From: an uncultured archaeon
Lineage (GTDB): Archaea; Asgardarchaeota; Jordiarchaeia; Jordiarchaeales; Jordiarchaeaceae
Direction of reading: 5' to 3'
DNA length: 7,230 bases
NCBI GenBank assembly: GCA_964510585.1
Contig: CAZECW010000050.1
Coordinates: 1 to 7,230, forward strand
In this document: piece after piece, positions 1-6,869 of the stretch
Numbering within the stretch: the first letter of the stretch is position 1
Layout: each line of letters opens with the position of its first letter
Made by a program: the position numbers and the translations under genes
Notes under the pieces: model-generated
Seen by the model: only the letters and a program-made list of their open reading frames with translations
What the model was told of the DNA's origin: nothing
Database searches by the model: none

Positions 1-222
1 TCGATTTAAGGAGTGCGGTGGCAAAAACGTATACTTCCCGTTTACGGCAAAAATATAAAGACAGTTAACAATTCGAAGGTACTGCACCGGCACCCAGAAC
101 ACCTTAAGGGGTTAGGAGAAAAGAAAAGCTTTTTCATAGCAAACATTCATACGCTTAAAGCGTCTTAGACAAATTATGAAAAATGTTTTTCGTGGGAAAT
201 AAAGCTAAGATACAGTTTTGCA

Positions 223-1239
223 TTATTGCCATTCCAGTGTCTCCAATCTTTTAAACTCTTTTATACTATCTCTAAGTGGAAGTATTAGACCTAGTTTATA
301 CATATCTTTATCATTTAACTTCCTAGTCTTTTGTATTTTTTTCCTTTTTTCCAAATTTTTTGGGAGCTGTTTTAAAAAATATATATTTGCATATAATAAA
401 ATATAAAAAATTAAATTTTTTTTGATTATAAATGAGAATATTCTTATGAAATCAAAAATTAGTGAAATAGCAAATCCTTTTATAACATTTATAAGTTCAA
501 AATTTTTTATAATATTTGCTAATCTATTCTTTTGGGTGAAAAAAATTCGGAATGGGGAACTTCGCTTACCCCATGAACCACCGTATTTGTGATAAGCAAT
601 GGAAGTAGGAACATAAATTGTCTTATATCCCCTCAGCCACGCTCTCCAGCACAGGTCTACATCCTCTAAATAAGCAAAGTAATCTTTATCAAATCCTCCC
701 AGCTCCTCAAAAATATTTTTTCTGATAAGCATGGCTGCTCCGCATACAAACCCTGCATACTTTTGTCCTTCGCTATAAGAAGACTCTTTTAAACCAAATC
801 CAATATCTAACCCTGCTCCTATTGGGGTTTTCTTACCACCTGCATGTGCTATTACATTTGGTTTATCATAAAATAGGATTTTACTACCTACCGCTACTAT
901 ATTTTTATCAACCTTAACAGCTTTAACCAATTCCTCTAACCATTTAGGGTCAACCTTTGTGTCGTCATTAAGAAATCCAACATAATCAGCATTTATCTTT
1001 TTAACAGCGTAATTGTAACCTTCAGCAAATCCATAATTTCTCTTTAATCGAATTATTTTTACCCAAGGGAAATTCTCTTTAACGTATTCGGCAGAACCAT
1101 CTGTAGATGCGTTGTCAAGTAAATAACAATCAAAATTTTTATAAGTTTGATTTGTGAGAGATTCAAAACATTCTTTTAAGTGATGCTTACCATTATGAGT
1201 GATAACAATTATCGCAACCCCATTTTTCTCTCCACTCAT
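223..1239 (-). CDS. Glycosyltransferase family 2, COG1216 / WbbL-like (rhamnosyltransferase-type GT-A fold)
   Basis: Motifs: AIIVITHNG, LDNASTDGS, NYGFAEGYN, FLNDDT (DxD-type), GAAMLIR..FEELGGFDKDYFAYLEDVDLCWRAW and YVPTSIAYH. The ORF track starts at ATG 1269. ATG 1239 (MSGEK) is preferred because GGTGTGA lies 4 nt upstream and the GT2 domain starts immediately after it. Confidence 0.92.
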   Translation of the reverse strand: MSGEKNGVAIIVITHNGKHHLKECFESLTNQTYKNFDCYLLDNASTDGSAEYVKENFPWVKIIRLKRNYGFAEGYNYAVKKINADYVGFLNDDTKVDPKWLEELVKAVKVDKNIVAVGSKILFYDKPNVIAHAGGKKTPIGAGLDIGFGLKESSYSEGQKYAGFVCGAAMLIRKNIFEELGGFDKDYFAYLEDVDLCWRAWLRGYKTIYVPTSIAYHKYGGSWGKRSSPFRIFFTQKNRLANIIKNFELINVIKGFAISLIFDFIRIFSFIIKKNLIFYILLYANIYFLKQLPKNLEKRKKIQKTRKLNDKDMYKLGLILPLRDSIKEFKRLETLEWQ

Positions 1240-1310
1240 AATCTCACACCGTCCATTTATCCAATTCATTAATGTTAAACTGTTTTAGACATAATAAGAT
1301 TTTGGGCGTT

Positions 1311-1574
1311 CTAGCCCCTGTATCTCTGAGGCGGAAGGGGGTTGAGCGGCGGCTCAAATAGTTGCTTCACATTTTTCCATAAGCTTGATGAGGTTGGAAA
1401 CTGTTCACCGAGGGCGGGTGCAGTTAAGAGAGGGGAAACTTTCTACCAGAATCGTTTTCAGGAGATTAGCTGGAGGATGATAACGGTGCTGGAGTATGTT
1501 AGGGGGATGATTACTGCCTTCTGCCATCGTAAGCAGAAGAGAAAGTATTTTGTCCATCCAAGTATCCTCCACAT
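1311..1574 (-). pseudogene. Degraded small hydrophobic ORF, possibly a DMT/EamA-like transporter remnant
   Basis: ATG 1574 has GAGGAG 4 nt upstream. The frame reads MWRILGWTKYFLFCLRWQKAVIIPLTYSSTVIILQLIS*KRFW*KVSPLLTAPALGEQF..., with internal stops at 1460-1458 and 1445-1443 and a final stop at 1313-1311. The resemblance to EamA helices is loose and judged by eye. Confidence 0.25.
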
Positions 1575-1627
1575 GGAACTCCTCTAATTACGCTAAACCG
1601 AAAAATGTTACTAAGCTCCTTGTAGAA

Positions 1628-2341
1628 TTATCTTCGCTTTTTAGCAAAAACAAGGATATACATATCATAAATTGAAAGTTTTGCACATAACCGTTCAAGT
1701 AAAATGTAGAATGTAAATAACATTTTATTAAACTTTAGATAATGTGGATTTTGGGCGGTTGTTATTGTTTTTTCGAATTTAGTTGCTTCTAGCATTTTAT
1801 TTAATATCATAGGAGAATTGCATTTAAATTTTGGCAAGAAAATGTCTTTTTCTTTAATTTCGATAAGCCTATGAAGTTTCTGGGATAAATTAAAGGGTAA
1901 TAGTCTGCTTCCTAAAAACACTAACGGATTTAAAATATTGGGAGTTGAGATAAAAAGAAAATAATTCGTTTTTAGAACCCTTCGAATCTCCCTTAAAACT
2001 TCGATCGGCTTCTCAAGATGTTCAATAACCCATTCAAGTGTAACTAAATCAAAGACAGCATTTTTAAAGGGCAGTGAGTTAAGATCTCCGATGACTTTGG
2101 CACTTACAATTTCATTATTTTTTAACTCACTTGTCAATATATCTAGTCCAACTATTGTACTTCCATTTTTCGAAAGGTGTTTACATAACTGTGAATGCAG
2201 TCCCTTTCCAGCCCCTGCATCAAGAACCAAACTGATTTTTGAAAATTTCTGGCTGATTTCTTTAATTTTCGTTTTTAAATCCTTGTAATAGGGATTATAT
2301 CTTCGGATAAATTCTTGTAATACTTCCTCACTCAAGTCCAC
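1628..2341 (-). CDS. Class I SAM-dependent methyltransferase (Methyltransf_11 type)
   Basis: GTG start. Motif I VLDAGAGKG, acidic GLDI, GDLNSLPFKNAVFDLVT, EWVIEHL and LREIRRVLK..LFISTPN. This is typical of glycan-cluster methyltransferases. Confidence 0.92.
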   Translation of the reverse strand: MDLSEEVLQEFIRRYNPYYKDLKTKIKEISQKFSKISLVLDAGAGKGLHSQLCKHLSKNGSTIVGLDILTSELKNNEIVSAKVIGDLNSLPFKNAVFDLVTLEWVIEHLEKPIEVLREIRRVLKTNYFLFISTPNILNPLVFLGSRLLPFNLSQKLHRLIEIKEKDIFLPKFKCNSPMILNKMLEATKFEKTITTAQNPHYLKFNKMLFTFYILLERLCAKLSIYDMYILVFAKKRR

Positions 2342-2390
2342 TCACTCTTTTTTAGTGCTATTAAACCATCGGCAAGTCAGTACAATTATC

Positions 2391-2396
2391 TATAAA
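2391..2396 (-). promoter_or_regulatory. Possible archaeal TATA box (TTTATA) for the methyltransferase gene
   Basis: TTTATA on the minus strand about 50 nt upstream of GTG 2341, in a 78-nt AT-rich gap. There is no clear BRE, so it could be chance. Confidence 0.2.
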
Positions 2397-2419
2397 TAAT
2401 TAAAGTGTATACCTCCTTT

Positions 2420-3865
2420 TCATCTCCTGAAGATATATTTTATGAACATTTTGCCTGAATAAAATAATCTTTTTGCTTCTTCTAAACTATGCCTCCTCGT
2501 TATTTGTTTTAGTGCTACCGGAATATATTTTAGGGAGAAATAGTACTCTTTTAAAATCTTGTCCACTCTATTAACGATTTCCTCGGAGGAAAGCCAAGGA
2601 TACGAGACTATACTTTTCTGATGTCCTTGCGCATCTAGATATTCATTTGGATCGTCTGTAACTAAATAACCCTTTTCTTTAGCCCATTCGTAAAATTCCG
2701 TTCCTGGAAAGGGAGATGCAACTGAAACTTGTAGCTGTTCAGGTTTTATCTCTTTAATAAATTTGATAGTTCTTTCTACTGTCCTTTTATTTTCACCGGG
2801 TAATCCTATTATGAAATCGGCATGTAAAAGCAATCCAGCCTTTTTTACATTTTTTACAAAGTCTTTAGCTATTTCAATATTAAATCCTTTTTTTATATTT
2901 TTCAATATTTCATTGTTTGCAGACTCGAATCCAACTATCAAAAATCTGCAATTAGCTTTTCTCATTTCTTCCATTGTTTCTAAATCAAGCGTGTCAACTC
3001 TTGCGTTACATGACCAAGTTATATCTAACTTTCTTTTGATATACTCTTTGCAGAATTCTAAAACTCTTCTTTTATTAACAGTAAAAGTATCATCTTCCAA
3101 GAAGACTTCCTTTATTTCAGGTAAATGTCCTTCGATCCACTCAAACTCATCTAAAATATTTTTAATGCTTCTAACTCTGTACTTTCTACCCATGAAGGTC
3201 TGAGGCCATGAGCAAAACGTACACTGGTACGGGCACCCTCTACCAGTGAAAATCTGAACCATTGGATAAAGAGAATAGTTAAGAAAATAGTCGTAAATGT
3301 TCAGGTGTTTTCTATAGACTTCGGATACAAATGGTAATTCATCTAGCTGCTTTGAAGTGGACAAAGGCCTATCTGGATTATGGATAATTCTATTGTCTTT
3401 TTTAAATGATATTCCTAAAACATTTTGAACGCCCTTCTTTTTTTCTATATTTTTTACTAGTTCGGCTAAGGTAAAATCATACTCATATCTTGCCACAATA
3501 TCTACGATGTTAAGCATTTTTTCTGAAAATTGAGAAGTAGGCGGTCCCACTATTGTAATCGGAGTATTAAACTCGCTTTTGATAGTGGCTGAGATGTTAA
3601 GATCATTGTTTAGACTGGTAAAGCTAGTCTCAAGAACTACCATATCTGGATCGAACTTTTTCAAATCCTTCAGAACATTGTTAACATCCCAGTTCCATGC
3701 TGGCGCATCGACAAGCCTAACATCATGACCATTGCATTCGAGAACACCAGTTGCATATGATAACCAAATTGGATAATAGAGTGTCCCGCCTCTCCCTGTA
3801 TCCTGCCACCTCATCTCTCTGCCGAAGCGTGGAAAATAAGGGGGATTGAGCAAATAGACCTTCAT
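2420..3865 (-). CDS. Cobalamin (B12)-binding radical SAM enzyme, HpnJ-like
   Basis: C211-x3-C215-x2-C218 lies within TGRGCPYQCTFCSWPQT. The N-terminal B12-binding-type domain has LLNPP, YPIWL and DAPA. Core motifs DELPFV, EDDTFT, TWSCNAR, VGFESA..ILKNIKKG, FIIGLPGE and QVSVASPFPGTEFY follow the HpnJ (TIGR03471) pattern as recalled from memory. Confidence 0.93.
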   Translation of the reverse strand: MKVYLLNPPYFPRFGREMRWQDTGRGGTLYYPIWLSYATGVLECNGHDVRLVDAPAWNWDVNNVLKDLKKFDPDMVVLETSFTSLNNDLNISATIKSEFNTPITIVGPPTSQFSEKMLNIVDIVARYEYDFTLAELVKNIEKKKGVQNVLGISFKKDNRIIHNPDRPLSTSKQLDELPFVSEVYRKHLNIYDYFLNYSLYPMVQIFTGRGCPYQCTFCSWPQTFMGRKYRVRSIKNILDEFEWIEGHLPEIKEVFLEDDTFTVNKRRVLEFCKEYIKRKLDITWSCNARVDTLDLETMEEMRKANCRFLIVGFESANNEILKNIKKGFNIEIAKDFVKNVKKAGLLLHADFIIGLPGENKRTVERTIKFIKEIKPEQLQVSVASPFPGTEFYEWAKEKGYLVTDDPNEYLDAQGHQKSIVSYPWLSSEEIVNRVDKILKEYYFSLKYIPVALKQITRRHSLEEAKRLFYSGKMFIKYIFRR

Positions 3866-4818
3866 TTGAAAACACCTCTAAGAAATCCAAGACCCCAGAG
3901 CAAACACCACGTCGTAATTAAGCCGTATATTGTAAGGAAGTTATTTCTTTTGTATTTTATACTAATATATGCGCTCATAAGGGCTATGCTAGTGCCTGCG
4001 GCAACCAAGGTATAGAAAGCAATCCAGAGAAATAGCCTATTAAAATAGGATAGACTGGTAAGAAAGAGAGTCAGAATTATAACAGAGGATGGGAGGAAGT
4101 GGAACCATTTCCCCATTTCTCTGTGTATTTTTATTGCTTGCATCCTTCCTAGTCCATAATTCCAAGCCATCTTCATAAATTTTTTCCAACTTGGTCTTCT
4201 GTAGTGATAAACTAATGCGGAAGGTGTGTACAGGATTTTATAACCTTTCTTTCTAATCCTATAATCAAGTTCTTCGTCGTCAGCTGTTATAAGTTTGGGA
4301 TTAAACCCACCTATCTCTTCTAGAACATTCTTTCTGTACATTACGTTACAAGTAGGATTGTGGTTCACTTCCCTAACCTTTCCTCCGCTTATTCCATATC
4401 TTGCTCCTACTTTGCTTAGGAGAGACAGGACTATACCTATACTTCTTCCAAAGTCTGTATCGTCTTCCGGCGTTATGTTTGGGCCACCAACTGAGGCAAT
4501 TCTCTCATCTTTAAAATGCTTTATAAGCTCTTTAATCCAATTTTTATCAACTATACAATCGGCGTCTGTAAATGCTACGAACTCGCCTCTAGCCTTTTTT
4601 TGACCGATATTTCTTGCGTAACTTATAGTGTTCCCATTTTCGAAAAAAAGTCTACACCCATATTTATTTGCTATTTTAACAGTTCCATCTACCGAATACC
4701 CATCAATTACTATTATCTCCAATTCGTCTTCTGGATAATCCAAACTACGTATAGAGTCCAAGCATTTTTCAAGTGTATCAGCATTATTTTTAGTTGGTAT
4801 AACTATCGAAACTTTCAT
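3862..4818 (-). CDS. Glycosyltransferase family 2 with C-terminal transmembrane helices (ExoA-like)
   Basis: Motifs: VSIVIPTKN, IDGYSVDGT, ARNIG, AFTDADC (DxD), GGFNPKLITADDEELDYRI and YTPSALVYHYRR. Two to three hydrophobic segments follow residue ~240. Confidence 0.93.
   Translation of the reverse strand: MKVSIVIPTKNNADTLEKCLDSIRSLDYPEDELEIIVIDGYSVDGTVKIANKYGCRLFFENGNTISYARNIGQKKARGEFVAFTDADCIVDKNWIKELIKHFKDERIASVGGPNITPEDDTDFGRSIGIVLSLLSKVGARYGISGGKVREVNHNPTCNVMYRKNVLEEIGGFNPKLITADDEELDYRIRKKGYKILYTPSALVYHYRRPSWKKFMKMAWNYGLGRMQAIKIHREMGKWFHFLPSSVIILTLFLTSLSYFNRLFLWIAFYTLVAAGTSIALMSAYISIKYKRNNFLTIYGLITTWCLLWGLGFLRGVFK
3873..3878 (-). promoter_or_regulatory. Ribosome-binding site (GAGGTG) of the radical SAM gene
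   Basis: GAGGTG lies 7 nt upstream of ATG 3865, inside the 3' end of the upstream GT2. The GT2 stop and this start overlap as ATGA (3865-3862). Confidence 0.6.
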
Positions 4819-4854
4819 TTCGCGACTAATCCCCTCTTTAGTTTACTTATAAGT

Positions 4855-5655
4855 TCATTTTTCATTTTTGCAAAAACGTAACTTTATCATAAGTTTTAGG
4901 TGTCTGTATCCGTCTTTTATTGGATTCAGTTTGGAGTTTGTGCCTCTTCTTGGGTGGTATGTTATTGGTGTTTCCACAATTTTTAAACGTTTTTTTGCTG
5001 CTTTAATTATCATTTCTGATGCGAATTCCATTCCTGTTGATGTTGCTTTTATTTTTTCCCATGCCTTTTTTGTTATTGCTCTCATTCCGCAGTGCATATC
5101 TGATATTCTTGTTCCGAATAGTATGTTTGCAATGAGGGTGAGGAGGGGGTTGCCAACGTATCTGTGTAGTTTTGGCATGGCTCCGGGGAGAATTTTGCCT
5201 TTGAGTCTGGTTCCCATCACAATGTCTGTGTTGCCGTTTTTTATTATCTTTATGAGTTTGGATGTTTCTTCTAGGTCGTATGTACCGTCTGCATCAGCCA
5301 TAACTATGATTTTTCCTCTGGCTTCTTTTATTCCGGATAGGTATGCATTGCCGTAGCCTTTTTTGGAGGGATTTACTATTTTTGCTCCGAGGCCTTTTGC
5401 AATTATGGGAGAGCAGTCGGTGGAGTTGTCTGCAACTATTATTTCGCCCTGTATTCTTAGTTTTTTGAATACGTTTTTGATTTTGGTGATGCATTCTCCT
5501 ATTGTTGGCTCTTCATTTAGGCAGGGTAGCACTACTGAAACGTCAATTTCTGTTTTTTCTATTTCGTTTAGTATGGTGATAGGTGTGTAATAGGGATTGG
5601 TCGTGGTGCACTGCTTGTTAGGGATTTGGATTCCTTGAAATTTATGTGCCTCCAA
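4855..5655 (-). CDS. Glycosyltransferase family 2, DPM1-like (polyprenol/dolichol-phosphate hexosyltransferase type)
   Basis: Motifs: VSVVLPCLNEE, ADNSTD, GYGNAY, MADADGTYD, VMGTR, YVGNPLL, SDMHCGMRA, GMEFASEM, ETPITYHPR and SKLNPIKDG. The TTG start has GGAGAG upstream. The exact start is uncertain because about 35 aa precede the domain. Confidence 0.92.
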   Translation of the reverse strand: MEAHKFQGIQIPNKQCTTTNPYYTPITILNEIEKTEIDVSVVLPCLNEEPTIGECITKIKNVFKKLRIQGEIIVADNSTDCSPIIAKGLGAKIVNPSKKGYGNAYLSGIKEARGKIIVMADADGTYDLEETSKLIKIIKNGNTDIVMGTRLKGKILPGAMPKLHRYVGNPLLTLIANILFGTRISDMHCGMRAITKKAWEKIKATSTGMEFASEMIIKAAKKRLKIVETPITYHPRRGTNSKLNPIKDGYRHLKLMIKLRFCKNEK

Positions 5656-5678
5656 TTAAGGCCACTCTCCAACTTGGG

Positions 5679-5915
5679 TTACGCTAATACTTTAGGGGTT
5701 GATTCTGCGTAGCTGCCTGAGCCTACCTTTATGTTCTCGTCGGGTTGGGGTATATCCAGCTCTTTTATGAATACCTTTGACATGTTTGTGTCGTAGTGTT
5801 GGCCGGAGTGTATGAAGGCGAGGTCTACATCAGAATACCTTTGAAGGGCTTTTATTACGGGCGCCATTTTTATGATTTCGGGTCTTGTTCCCGCAACACA
5901 GAGGACGCTTACCAC
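5679..5915 (-). pseudogene. wecB: 3'-truncated UDP-N-acetylglucosamine 2-epimerase (non-hydrolysing), N-terminal ~78 aa only
   Basis: GTRPEIIKMAPVIKAL, HSGQHYD..M..FIKEL.IPQPDEN and VGSGSYAEST are the hallmark WecB N-terminus. GTG 5915 has GGGGGT 4 nt upstream. TAA comes after 78 codons versus about 360-380 aa expected, and none of the three frames continues recognisably. Confidence 0.88.
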
Positions 5916-6278
5916 GTTTACCCCCTTCCAGTCACGTTTTCCCCTATTTCTTAGGGAGGCTTTTTTTCGCTCCATTTTTTGGGGCTTTTTCCCCTTTTCT
6001 TTATGTCTGTTGGCAGGCTGGGTGTTTCTTTTCGGGTTTGGATTGGTTTCCTCAGCTTTTGCGCTTCCAGATTTTGGTGCTGTTTTGGGTGCCTTTTAGT
6101 TTCTTTTTGTTTGTCTGAATATTTATGTTTTTGGATTTGCGACATTTTGGCTCTTTTTGTTTTTTTGTTTCTTGTTTTTGGAACCATGTTTGGTTTGTGT
6201 GGCTTCTTTTTTCTATAATTTTTTGGTGGTTGGTGGAGTATTTTCGTATGGGTTGCTGAAAAATTGTTTTTTTGGTTT

Positions 6279-6869
6279 TTAGAGGTATCCTTGTTGTTTT
6301 AGGTGGTTTTCTAGTATTTTTGTTATGGTTGTTTCTATGGTTTTGTGGTTTTTGTTTGGGTTTGTTTTTGACTGGTATTTTTGGAGTGCTTGGATTATTT
6401 TGTTTGGGAGGACTAGTTGGATGCGGTTTTTTGTTTCTGTTTTTGTTAGGTTTAGGGCTTGTTGTGGGGTTATTTTGTTTCCTTGTTTGTGTTGTGTTCT
6501 TAGGGTTTTGCATAGTTTTGTTGTGGGGATGTTGTTTTGGGTGATGGTTTTTAGGATTTCTGTTTCTATTTGTTGTTGGTTTTGGTTTGTGGCTATTTCT
6601 CTTGCTGTGGCTTGGATTTGTATGGTTGTGTTTCTGGTTAGTTTTTTGGGGTTTATGTCCAATTCTTGGACGTCGCGTTGGTGGCGTGTTAGGAAGTCTT
6701 GGTGTGCTATGTAGGATGCTACTGCTTTTCTTTTGCTTTCTGGGTTTTTTCCTCCTATTCCGGAGGTTTCGCCGATTTTTTGGTATGTCCAGTCGGGGTG
6801 GCGCTGCTTGACCCGCCAGAGGAACTGGGATATTTCGGTATCAGACAGATTTTTTCTGTTATAGTTTTC
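6279..6869 (-). CDS. C-terminal two-thirds of a ParB-family protein, in the -1 frame (ENxxR motif, HTH, RHH-like C-terminus)
   Basis: The track ORF 6279..6662 extends stop-free upstream to a TGA at 6911-6909. From 6869 it reads ENYNRKNLSDTEISQFLWRVKQRHPDWTYQKIGETSGIGGKNPESKRKAVASYI...LDINPKK. The frame has no ATG/GTG/TTG between 6908 and 6663. Confidence 0.75.
   Translation of the reverse strand, partial: ENYNRKNLSDTEISQFLWRVKQRHPDWTYQKIGETSGIGGKNPESKRKAVASYIAHQDFLTRHQRDVQELDINPKKLTRNTTIQIQATAREIATNQNQQQIETEILKTITQNNIPTTKLCKTLRTQHKQGNKITPQQALNLTKTETKNRIQLVLPNKIIQALQKYQSKTNPNKNHKTIETTITKILENHLKQQGYL

Noticed and set aside
1-222. Palindromes AAAAGCTTTT (124-133) and ACGCT-N3-AGCGT (151-163), oligo-T tracts on the minus strand, and short open frames at the left edge
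   Set aside because: They are short enough to occur by chance in AT-rich DNA. A terminator or gene end is possible but cannot be supported from this fragment.
1311-1539. Short inverted repeats (TTGAGC/GCTCAA 1342-1357; CTTCTGC/GCAGAAG 1518-1539) suggesting an IS/MITE or structured RNA
   Set aside because: The stems are only 6-7 bp, with no terminal inverted repeats, target duplication or transposase fragment.
1342-1587. 81-aa plus-strand ORF in the methyltransferase-GT2 gap
   Set aside because: It has no recognisable motif, is antisense to the whole operon, and the opposite strand has the better RBS-start signal.
2420-3865. Calling the locus hopanoid biosynthesis (hpnJ proper)
   Set aside because: There is no squalene-hopene cyclase, hpnH, hpnG or hpnK in the window and the context looks archaeal, so only family-level similarity is claimed.
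2091-5590. Plus-strand ORFs antisense to the methyltransferase, radical SAM and GT genes (also 218..406 and minus-strand 5294..5494)
   Set aside because: They are fully nested in well-supported genes and carry no motifs.
6052-6513. 153-aa minus-strand K/N/T/Q/P-rich ORF
   Set aside because: It overlaps the ParB C-terminal frame out of phase, is low-complexity, and its openness is explained by the A/C skew.
5940-6660. CRISPR array or tandem repeat in the T/G-rich stretch
   Set aside because: No constant repeat unit or regular spacing is present. The recurring TTTTG/GTTTT words reflect low complexity.
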